Shown here: in pieces, positions 16,314 to 27,800 of the stretch
Numbering within the stretch: position 1 is the first letter of the stretch
Layout: every line of letters starts with the position of its first letter
DNA from: the human T2T-CHM13v2.0 reference genome, Homo sapiens
Strand: one strand, 5' to 3'
DNA: 64,000 nt
Assembly: GCF_009914755.1 (NCBI RefSeq)
Contig: NC_060935.1
Program-made: the position numbers and the translations under genes
The notes under the pieces: model-generated
What the model saw: the letters and a program-made list of their open reading frames with translations, nothing else
What the model was told of the DNA's origin: nothing
The model's database searches: none

Positions 16314-18439
16314 GGTCACCTCTTTCTTAACGGCACAGGCAGCACAAGGACTTTTTCCAGGGGTGGGGGGCGAAGGCAAGCCACTGTGAATGCAGATGAC
16401 TTCACCAAGGCTGAGAAGCACAGGCAAAAGCAGCTTCGCAAAAGCAGTGATGAATCTAGGACGGGAATTGCAGGGTGCTGCCCACCTCTCTAGGCTGATG
16501 AACCAGGGCATCATGCAGTTCTTCTTCAACACTAGGTTTGTAGACAGATGGCTCCTAGGCCCCGACCGCAGAGGAAAGGGTTCCATGGAAATGGGGAAAA
16601 CAGCCCAAAAAGGGAGGCTGGGGGCACAGGAGACTGGCTAGTTTACCTACAGCACACCATCTGCGTGATGATGCAGACCGCTGAGTACCCCAGGACTAGC
16701 CCGGTCTCTCCCCAAAACCTCACAGCAGAGCTTGGGTCCTGAAATCAGCACAATCTCAAGGTGTAGAAAGCCCAGAAAGTTTGCTGTCACCTGGTGTCCC
16801 CTAACTCTTTCTCTGGCACCATAATTCACCCAAACTTCCACTAATAAAAGTCCTGGCATTGCTCAGCAGGGTTCACAAGTGCCATTTCCTAGACCCAAGG
16901 GGCTGCATGACCTCACTTGGGGAACACGGGTGTCCTGGGACTGTGTCATGTGGACCTGAAAGGAGGCCTAAGGGAAAAAGTACTGGGCCTCATTTTTATT
17001 TTCTAGGCAACTTCCTGCTGCCTTAAAGCCTTTGAGCAGCAATGAGGGGAGGAAAGGATGAAGGCAGAGAGGGAGGCAGAGAGAAGAAGCGAAGAAGTGA
17101 AGGGCCATCGATTGGCTCATTCATTGGTTCTGACCAAAAGAGAGATAAATCAGACCTATTTTACTTAATCTGTGAGGTTATCTTGAGCATCAGATGAAAT
17201 AAAAATGAAAGCATTTCTTCAAGTACGGAGCACCTGAATTTAGGCCCAATCTTAAAAAGAGGCAAAAGTCTCTTAAATCTAACAGAGACCGTCCTCCTGA
17301 CCAAAATTATTTTTTTCTCACTACTTTTTTAAAATTTAGCTTTGCCAGAGAGCCTGTGAATGTTACAGGATTGTGAGGTCAGCCAGCTGCTCCTGTAGAA
17401 TGCCGACGGCATGCTGGGAATGCAGTACCGCACTGCCCACAGCCTCGGGGATGAGCTGAGAGCTGGCTCTCACAGGGTGGGGTTGGCAACTTTGGCCACA
17501 TTCACCTATGCATAAGAAAGAGACTTCGAGACACTCCATGCATCTGCTTTTACAAATTAAGATCAAATGTAGAAGAGACATCAAAAAGATTTTCATCATG
17601 GCCTGCTAAGAGCAGGGGAGGGCAGAGGAAAGAGCGAATGCAAACTAGGGAGGAAAGAGAATCGTGGCAGATCACTGAAGCAGAGGAAAGCTGTGCGGAC
17701 CCAGGGCCCGCCAGGCGGAACAGCCCATCTCACAGCTGTTAGGGAATTTCCCATGGCAGAGGTTTCTTCATGTATAGATGGGCCTATTTTTCTGTCCGTT
17801 TGCTGGTTTTATCATTTGGCTGTTTTCTCCTCTTGGTACGCATAAACAGGAATATCGTATTTTGGCATCTGATCTCCACCTAAATCCCAAATAAAATGAG
17901 AAGGCAGCCTAGTAGGTATTGCTAGGGAACCAGGGGAGCATTGCCTACATCCAGCATGAGAAGGGGAGGACGAGGACGGGCCAGGGCAGGAAGTCAAGTC
18001 CCCAAACTCAACCCTGGAGGAGACAGAGTGAGATGCCGAAGCCTGACCATCCCTCCCTCTCGGGAAAAAGAAAGGCTGAGACAGAGGGGCCATCACACCC
18101 GACTCTTGCATGAGATTTTGCCGAGGGCCAGCAGGACTTGCTGGCAGGAGACTCGTTTAGACAAAGATAGAGTCCAACCAAAAAATTACCATCATTGCAT
18201 AATTGAAGAGCCACTGCAAAGAGCCTACAAAGTAAAAGAGAAGTGTGTGCATTCACCAGACAAGCCACCCCCTTTCTGCTTTTGCTCCAGTGCTGCCTCC
18301 CGCTGAGACCCTCTCTGAGCACTCTAAAATAGCGCTCTAAACCGCAGCCCCCTCCTTCCTTCTGTACGTCAGCTGCCCCTTACCCTGCTCCTTTTTTTTG
18401 CCTTATGCCATTCGATGTCATTTTCTTAGTGCAATAATG

Positions 18440-18585
18440 ACTCATTCTCTGTCCCTATCACTAGAATGAAAGCCCTCCAGGAGCAGGAGCCTTGTCTGGC
18501 CTATTCACTTGTGCACCCCAAGTGAACTAAACAGTGACTCACACACAGTATACCCTCAGTACATGTGTGTTCAATGAACGAAAGG
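18440..18585 (+). mobile_element. L2 3'-end fragment
   Basis: tagaatgaaagccctcc..ggagcaggagccttgtc...cacagta...tgttcaatgaacgaa, typical L2 terminus. Confidence 0.55.
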
Positions 18586-18745
18586 CAACCTCTTCATCTC
18601 CCAGCCGCAAACCATTTCAGAATCATGTTGAGTCGTGAGTTTAAAGTGGGTTGATTAGGGAGACCTAGGGCCAGGGGTGAGACAACATCAGGAAGCACTC
18701 CCTAGGTACACAAAAAAATTAGAAAATGAACTTTTTTAGCAAATG

Positions 18746-18751
18746 TTTATT
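18746..18751 (-). terminator. Distal poly(A) signal AATAAA of IGSF9B long 3'UTR / MIR4697HG
   Basis: AATAAA on the minus strand with a downstream U/GU-rich element (TTTTTTTGTGTACC, ~18706-18719). Position fits my recollection of the annotated gene end. Confidence 0.7.
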
Positions 18752-19647
18752 TATATCAAAATACAAAACATTTCTGAAGCAGAGTAATGTTACATGAGGA
18801 GCAATTAAATACTAAACGTCTTTTCATCAGTTTAACTTGCAACACTCCCGGGGTACCTGCACTGGCTGCACATCTCATCATTTGATGTGTGCCTTCTTTT
18901 TTCTCATTTGCTTATGCACGTGTTTGCTCATTTTGATTTGTAATTCAGGATATGAACATGCAGTGTTACTGGGGATGAGTTGGTTAGTACTTAGCAAGCC
19001 TGGAAATACCAGCGAGTGGAGCCTGGCGTGGTAGCCTGAGCTGAGGCAGGCTGCAGGTTCTCTTCCTGACTGAGTCTGGGGTGTCACTCCATTTTTGACT
19101 GCCAAGTCAAAGGACAAAGGGATCACCATCATCAGCAGCCAGGGCAGGCGTCTATTGCTTAGGGCCGTAGAGCAGGCGTGGCTTTGGGGTCATCTCCAGC
19201 GGGGTCTTCTCAGTGTTTGGGAAGAAGGGGCAGGGCAGTCTATAGGCCCAGGCCCAGCAGCAGGATGCCCAGGGTCCCTGCAGGAAGAACCCTCTTCCCC
19301 AGGAAAGCAAGGAAGGGTTCGGGAGGAGACAGTTCCTCCTACTCTTGGAAGTCTGTGATTTGGTGGCTGGGGGTGCCTGCCCATTGGAAGGGCCCCTTAT
19401 AAATGCTTTGAGTTTGGAGATTTTGAGGGAAAAAAAGCACCTGATTGAGAGTGTAGCTGTTTCCAATACACCTCCCTTCCCTGACGGAGAAGGGAAGGAG
19501 GCAGAAAACAGGGGAGAGAGCATCCCCCCTTCATTCCCACACCGCCCCACTCCCAGAGCCAACCTGGGCCTCCCTTCAAGCTCGTACTTAGTACATTCAC
19601 CATGACACTGTGCACCTGTGAGCTCTCTCCCGCTCTCACTCTCTTGC

Positions 19648-19720
19648 GTGCACACACGCACACGCACACACACGCACAGGTATGCACACATATATATGCA
19701 GGTGCGCGCACACACACACA
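19648..19720. repeat. (CA/CG)n imperfect microsatellite
   Basis: gtgcacacacgcacacgcacacacacgcac...cacacacaca. Confidence 0.85.
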
Positions 19721-20797
19721 TCTGGTTTCCTTGCAGTCTGCTCAGGCAGCAGAAGGGTGTCCCATCCTCACCGTCATCTTTTACTTCCCAGGGTGCCCTT
19801 GGCCCACAGGTCCCCAAGACCCAGCCCCAGGCTTGGCACGCGCTGGCATTCCCAGGCTTTTGAGAAGAGGGTGATAGAGCAGGGAGCTCCTCACAGACAG
19901 GTTATACAGAGTGTAGAATATGTTCATATAAGGCTTTGGTACAGCACCGATTTCATGTTCTTATAGTTTGATTTCTAAGTCATCTTTTAGAAGAAAAAAA
20001 AGCTTACTGAAAAAATAGTGTTTTTATTTACTTTTGAGTTACATACCTGAAGTTCAAAAAGTAAGCCTCTAGTTGCCATTCAAGTTCACACTCAAAGGTG
20101 TTCTGTGTGCAGCTGTACAATTTGTTGGTTTGTCTTTAATGTTGAACAAAAGTCAGCCAACCCATACCATAAAGTCAGCTGCCCAAACTCACTTTAACCA
20201 GTCCATACATACATACAGAAAAGAAAGAGAGAGAGAGGGAGAACACAAAAGCCGCCCCTAAGTCACCCACCCCAAACCCCTAGGGAAAAATCAGAAAGAA
20301 GACAAAATACAGCAAGATATCAGGAGCCAGTGGGAGGAAGGAGATTCAGCCCAACTGGCCTCTTCGAGAACAGCACCATGAAGCACCCTAGCGCAGTGAT
20401 GTTGTAATACTCAACATTCAAGAAATGGAAACGAGGTTGGAACGGTCTTCACAGGAAGACCTGGCATGGATCGGGGGTCGCCCCCAAAGAAAGTGGAAGA
20501 AAGAAAGAGTTCGAAATGAGAGCAAGAAATCTCATGACGAAACTGACAGTCATATCCAGAAAAGAAGAACTACAGCAAGAGGCTGCCGCGCACCGAGAGG
20601 TACAGAGTTTGTAAGGGGTCTGGGGGAGGTAGCCCCTCCCCACCCACACTGCCTGCTCACCCCCACCCTCTGTGTGTCCTCAGACCACCAGGTGAAATGG
20701 AGGAAAGAAGCTCATCTAAAACTTGCCCCCAGGTGTGCGATGGGAGAATTCTATCCTGCATGATCAAAGTCCCTCCTGGGGAAGAGAAAAACACTGA

Positions 20798-20875
20798 AGA
20801 CCAAGGGGCAGGAGTCACTGACATGAAGCGGGATGTGGTCCCTTCACGTCAGTGACTGCGCCCCCTTCTGGGCCC
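20798..20875 (-). ncRNA. MIR4697: pre-miR-4697 hairpin
   Basis: 78-nt hairpin GGGCCCAGAAGGGGGCGCAGTCACTGACGTGAAG...CTTCATGTCAGTGACTCCTGCCCCTTGGTCT. The arms are visibly complementary and match the miR-4697 precursor as I recall it. Confidence 0.88.
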
Positions 20876-23800
20876 TCTATCCCCAGCCCCACACCTGGCA
20901 GTTAGGAAATTAAATCTGAATGGGAGGTCAAGACCTTCTGACACTGATACAGACGACTTAGCAAGTGGAGCGTTAAACTGCTCTTCTCCCCTAGCCAACA
21001 ATTCCCCTTTCTAACACCTCAGTCTAAAGTTCCAGAATCAAGACCATCCCATCAAGTACCTTCCTCCCAGTCCCTGGACTCTGAGACTCCACCCTCCAAT
21101 GCCACAGGCAACCCCCTGTGGACAGGAAGTGTGTGTGCAGGCTTGCCTCTTCCCCCACCTCCTACTTTCAGACCGCCCAAAGTGGATCACCATGAACATC
21201 TACCGCCAAGAAGAGTGGAAGCGGGAAGCAGGCAGCAAAAATCCACGACAGAGCCTTTTCCCCAAGCTGCTGGTTGGTGACAGTGGGGAAGAGGGACAGG
21301 GCCCACACTGATCCATGGGAGAGTGATTCTCACACATCTCCCTATTCCCGACTCTTGCTCTATATAGTAGACAGAGGTAGCAAGACAGAAACAACTCCTC
21401 AGATACCTCCACCTTCTACCAAAGGGAAAAGCACCAAAATTCAATGTCCATTCTGCTGTGGGGACCAAGGAACGTGTCCCAAGCATGGGGAAGAGCTCAG
21501 GCTCCTGGCAGTGGCTGTGGGCCGTAAAAGCTCCATCAGAGCACACTCATCCACCTGTCGCCCCAACTGATGCCACAAGCGGTTCCCAGGCCTCCTCCTT
21601 ACTCCACATAAAGCTGATCTCAATGACCTTTGCTCCAAGTGCCTTAAGGGCTGGCTCTTCAGAGAAGCTGGAGGTCCCCTCTGACACCCAACCTTACCTC
21701 ATCTTGCTGAGCAGTGGAGCAGAAAGGTCACAGGTAGGCACTAACATCCCCTCCACACTGTACAATTTCAAGGTAGGGGCTATGGCCCCATCTTCCCTTT
21801 CCCTCCCCAAAATGAAGAGTCCTGTTGGAGGCTGAGGAATAGAATGGTGACATGTGGGCCAGTGGCTCTCCCAGACCTTGATGCTGCTGAGGACCTAATC
21901 TTGGGCTGGCCCTGGTGGGAGGGCAAGCCCTAGGACATGCCCGAGGTGTTGGAGCAGTTTACTCTGCTGGTTGCATGTGGCCAGAAGTCGGGCAGAGTCC
22001 ACAGAAAGAGAGGGGATGGTGGGTCTAGAAGCCAACAGAACAGTAATGGGAGCCTCCCTTGTGCAGAGACCGTGGTGGTCTGGGAAGGCTTCAAGGTGGG
22101 AAGGGAACAGAATTTGCACCTCTTCTTCTTGCCCAATCCCCCTGAAAAATCTTACAAGAAACACTCAGCTGCAGGAGCCTGCAAGAAAGATCATTCAAGG
22201 CAAGGATGGTGCCACTGACAGTGGCACCAGCACTGGATCCTTCCAGCTGCATGGACAGAGCCCATTTCCCATCAGCGTCCTCGGAAAGTGGGGAGTGTTC
22301 TCAGCAGTTAATTTGAGGACCCAAGGACAGTGCCTGACTGAATGGCAGGGCCTCATAGGTCCATGTAAGGATCAAGAGTTAGACTCAAGCTTTACCCAAC
22401 CTACTCTTCCCATAATACCCCAAAACTGTCAACCAAGCCCTTCTCACGCTGAAGGTATCTGCTTTCCTCTAAGGACCAAACTCTATAGACAAGAGCTCTT
22501 AGGGAGTGCCATGTCTTGGTTAGGAAAGGGGTTAGTACTGCCCTTTTCTGAGTGATGAGCAGGAATAAGGAGCCGAAAGGTTGCAGTCCTGAGTCTCTCC
22601 TCACTGCCTGCACCATCTGGCCCAGCACCAGCTTCAAATACATCACTCCGAGCTCCGGGCAAGTCAGGAAGGAGCTAGCACCAGGAGACGCTTGCTGAGG
22701 CTGCAAGGCAGAGCCCTTGCATATGTGTGAGGTCTGGAATTTGCTCAGAGAGGTATTCTTCAGGGCACACTGCTTCCTGCTCAGATACAAGTGAACTCCT
22801 GCTCCCCAGAATCTCCCATTGTGGGTCCAGTTCTGCCAATACATTGTTCAGTTTTGTAAGTCCCCGGCTGGAGGCCAGAAGGAAGGTTCCACTAAGACCC
22901 CCTCTCCCAGGCCGGCCCACAGTTCATCTCTCCCTCCTCATCCTCCACTCAGTGTCCCAGGATTGGAGCATCCTATTTGCAATGGCACTTTATTTCCAAT
23001 TAAAAATAACTGAAAAAAACATAGATGACATATTTATACTACATACCACATTCACACTGGCTCTAAGAATCTGCAGCAACACTAAACAGGCCATGTGTTC
23101 TCCAAGACCAAGCCCAGGCAGCCAGCCTCACAAACTCTCCCATTGCCATGCCCTCTATGAGCGGTCTGAGCTGTCTGAGCTACAGTGCTACAAACCAAGA
23201 CAGGTGTCACCGTAGGTCCCTAGGTAGTCTCAACCACCCCCTTTCTAATGCTGTGAAGCCAGGTTTTCTCTGAGGAACTGGTTACCTTTCCACAGCCACG
23301 TGGGGATGGAGTCACAGTTTTCATCTCCTCAGCCTTGCCCTGTTAAGCCCCTCTGCAAAGAAGTTCAAGTCAACATCCCTCCCAAGTGGCAAGAGACACA
23401 TTGGTCCTGGTTCTTTAGGGCTATCAGATCCTGCAGCTCCACACAACCTTCAGCTCACTTGTCCTTCCTGCAGGTGGGTTATTTGTTTTGTTATTTTACA
23501 AACTTTTCATATATACACATTTCCATCAGAAAGACCCAAGCAACTCTGAACAGAGAGAATACCAAAGGAAGAGCAGAGAAGGAGGTGGCGTCAAGGCATG
23601 AGCTAGTATCCCAGACTGCCTGGGAAGGTAGCACTGCTCAAAACATCTCTAAGCACAGGTAAAAAATAAAGCAAACTATGACTTCATATAGATATAGAGA
23701 TATATAGACTTTATCTAGGTGTTCTTTATATTTATATATGTGTGCAGAGGGCACGGGCCCCTGCCCATCTTGCCCGGCACTCATCTCTTGCCCTCCCGCT

Positions 23801-24080
23801 CCCCACACCCGAGTGCCACTCGCCCGAAGCTCCCAGTCTCCACGATTGCATCTGATCCTTGCCTCCCACATACATTCCCCTCTCTCCTTAAAATAGAACC
23901 AATTCTGTAGATTTATATAATTTTATGTACAGTCTCCATAAAAAATACATTAAAGATGGTGCATTACTAATTTGACCCTCCTACCCAAACAGAAGTTGTC
24001 TAGCAAAAGAGCCAAACAAAGGAGGGTCTCCTGGGCCTGACACTACGCAGGCAAATCAGCATGTCTGTACAAATCTCTCT

Positions 24081-24805
24081 CACACACACCACACACAACA
24101 GACACACCACACCACACACACAAACACACACACACCACACACACACCACACACGCACCACACACGCACCACACACACACACAACACACACACAACACACC
24201 ACACACAACACACACCATACCACACACCACACCCACACACAATACACACATACCACACACAATAACACACCACATACAATACACAAAACACATAGCACAC
24301 ACACACACCACACACAGTCCATGTACCACACCAAACACACCAGACACACCACACACACCAAACACACACACACCAAACACACCAGACACACCACAAGCAT
24401 ACACCACACGCAACATACACACACCAAACCACACTCAACACACCACACACACTGCATCACACACACACACACCAGACACATCACACATACACGCACACCA
24501 CAGATACACACACACCATACCACACACACCCCACACACATACACAACCACACAATAGACACACCACACACAACACACCACACAATACGCACAACACATAC
24601 CACACACAATACACACACCACACCACACACACCACCCAGACACACCACACACACGCACACCACACACACACCACACACAGATACACACACCACACACAAC
24701 ACACACACACACCAGACATGCACACCACACACAGACATGCACACCACACACATATACCACACACACCACATACACACACACACCCCACACACACACACAC
24801 ACCCC
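24081..24805. repeat. ~725 bp cryptic (CA)n/(CAC)n low-complexity tract; UG-rich in the mRNA
   Basis: Direct inspection. Confidence 0.95.
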
Positions 24806-27800
24806 ACTTACTTCCTGAATCCAGAAAAGAAACACTGGACTAGACAGCTGGCTGGGGGTTAGAGACCAGGGGGACAACCTGGTGCCTGCAGAAGGACACA
24901 TGAGACAATCCCTTCTCCAGCCCTGCCAGGACACCGTCGGCCATGGCACACCTCTCGTTGTTCATGGGAGGCCATATAAAACCTCATTGATAGAGTGGCT
25001 GACAACTACCCTTTCAAGAACTGCAAGATGACCGTGAGGAGGCTCATCCCTCCACCAGAAATACAGCTTCATAGACCACTATGCCAAAAGGAGGCCAAAG
25101 CCCTGGGTTCTACCACCAGCGTGAGGAGGGCTGGGCACTCGCCCCTCCCATGGCTTATATGAAAACCCCACACATGCATGCCCGCAGCATTTCTAAGGCC
25201 GAAAATGCAAGTCACCTCCCCAGCCCAACCCCCTGCCCTCCGAGATTCCCTGCCCCTCCCACCACCTCCCCATCGTAAACCACGCACATGTTCACGATCC
25301 CTGGAGCCATACAGAAGTGGGGAAAGGAAAAGGGAAGGGAAGCTAACTGGTGTGTATACGGGGTGGCGAGGGAGAACCTGCCCTAGTTCGCAAAATAAAT
25401 CCAGGAAATCCAGTGCCACAGAGAGGTAGGATTGGTGGAGCACACTTCTTCAAGACCCGAAAGAAAGGCAGGCCCAGGCAGCCATTCACGTCCCCATCTA
25501 GTGTGATGGGAATGGTGACAACCAAGGACCAGTGACAGGAGCTGAGCATTTGAGCCACGGGGTTAAAACTGTCCAATCTAGCTCTCCCAGCCAGGGCTCC
25601 AAAGCCGGTAGCTTTTCACCAGCTCTCGTCCAAAACCCTAACTACTACTACTGTCTTCTACACCGCAGAAGACAACACCCATGTGATTTTAATGACTGGC
25701 CACTGTTCCACCAGAGTATATGGCAACCAAGATACCCAGACTCTTCCTTCTCTAAGATGTGAGCAGCCATTAATGACCCCTGTATGGATGCTTCATTTAT
25801 CCTTATCCTACATGGGATCCCTCAGGGGATGGTGGTGTCTTTGGACCAAATTCAATCTACTGAGTGTTTTTCTAACAGCTTAAAATGAGGTTGAAAAAAA
25901 CTTCCACCTTCTCGGCAACCCAACACACAGAACATCTGGTGGGGTTATTATACTTGCTCCTGAAAGAAGGTTTTGAGAGTACAGACAGGAACCCAGAAAT
26001 AAGGCTCTGAACCAGTGTGGATTCACTCGCAGTCAGAGGGAAGGGTGGTGATTGGTACCCCTAGCCAAACAGCAAGCTGGTAAGAGTGCGAAAGTCCAAT
26101 CTGGGCTTTGATCCTTGGTTTACTGACTTCTTCTAAAGAAGAGATTTTTCATTCTGCCTCTTAATCTAAAAAGAAGCAGAGCTGGAGACATTAAAGAGAG
26201 AAGAATGGCTGGTCAAGCCAAGAGTTTCAGGTGAAACTCTTTTGCCCTCCCACCTCCACCACAGACTAGTGACTTTAGCCTATCAAAAGAAGAGAAAGTA
26301 AAGAGAAGGCCTCACGAAGCCACTGTGCAACTTCATGGCCGGAAGGAAGCCTCTCTACCTCAAGAGGAAAGGGGGATGAAGGCACGTCAGGCTCCAGCTC
26401 CCCCTCTCTATCACCATCACCATCACCAAGGCCCATGAACATTTTCAGATTGTGGACGGAGAGGCAACCCACCGCTGCAGCTTAGGAAAATGAGAATGGC
26501 ACTTCCTTCTCCACTGATGAAGAGCTGGTGATAGGATGGGCATCTCAAGACAAGTTTCTCAGCTTTGGGCCTGAGGAGCCCCCAAAACAAATGAAGTTGA
26601 AATACAATATAAAGAAGATGTCCATGTTTGGTTTGGGCACTTAGTGTTAGAGGCTAATTCTAGAAGAAGCAAGGAAGATCTAGCTAAGAAGCAAGACCTC
26701 TCCCAAGATCCAGTCTGCGTTCACATGCAGGACCCCACCCCACAATCCGTCCCTGATGCCCAGATCCCCCTCCCACATGCCCTGCATGGCTACCACTCCC
26801 CAGCCAGATGCCCACCAGGCAATCATTCTTCGTCATCTTGGGATGATCCCCCAGTGTGTACCCTGCACCCTTACAAGTAACTAAGTTATCACATGACTCA
26901 AAGAGATGCTGAGGCTTGGTGTCCCCTGGGGTGGTCTCACCATCCTAACCCATGCCTGACCTCACCCTCTGTGCCCCTTCCAGCCTCACCAACACCTGGC
27001 AAAGCACACAGGCCTCCCCTCCACCCTCCAGTTCTCCAACTCCCCCTCCTGAAACACCAGTGCCCCATCCATTACCCTAGTCAATCTAGAGCTGGCCAAT
27101 AAGGCACCTCTTTGGCCCTCTCCCTAAAGCAACACACACAGCCACATGGGGCTCTACACACTGCCTACTAGATCCACTTTATCTGAAGAAGATACCCAGG
27201 CAGGGCTGGGTTAGAAGCCCCGGTGGGAATGTGCACAGCTCCTAGAGTACCACAGAGGCTGGACTCAACAGAGCCTTCCATGACCCGCTCAGCTCCACCC
27301 TCTGCCCCTTCCTGCAGCTCCCCAGCCATCCCTGCAGTGCCCCCAAAGCTCCTTTACATGCAAGCAAAGCAAGCCCAAGATTAACCATTAGCTTTTCTTT
27401 TCCTAGGTTTCTCTACAGATTAATAAAATGTACTTTATGTACAATTCTTCCCCCACCCCACCCCCAAGCCTGGAAAAGGCTTTTGCTAACAAAATAGGAA
27501 GAAACAGATTCCAGCCACGCAGTCTTCAGCCCTGGAGATTCAGATCGTGGGCAGTGCCAAAGATGCTGGAGGCTCCGTGAAATCTGTTTCTCCCTAGAAG
27601 CTACTGTTTCGTCAACCTTGTCCCCCACCCCAAATAAAATCAGAAAATTTCACATTTGAACCTTACCCCAGTTTCCTCAGCACAAAAAGGGCAGAGGAAT
27701 AAATTAAATCAGTTCAACCCCAAATATTTTAGATCACAAATCAAAAATAAAGACAGAGAGCATGGAAAAATAACAAGAAATACTCGGCTCAATCCACCCG

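Noticed and set aside
24000-24949. Cys/Val-rich and His/Thr-rich ORFs
   Set aside because: Translation of the (CA)n low-complexity tract.
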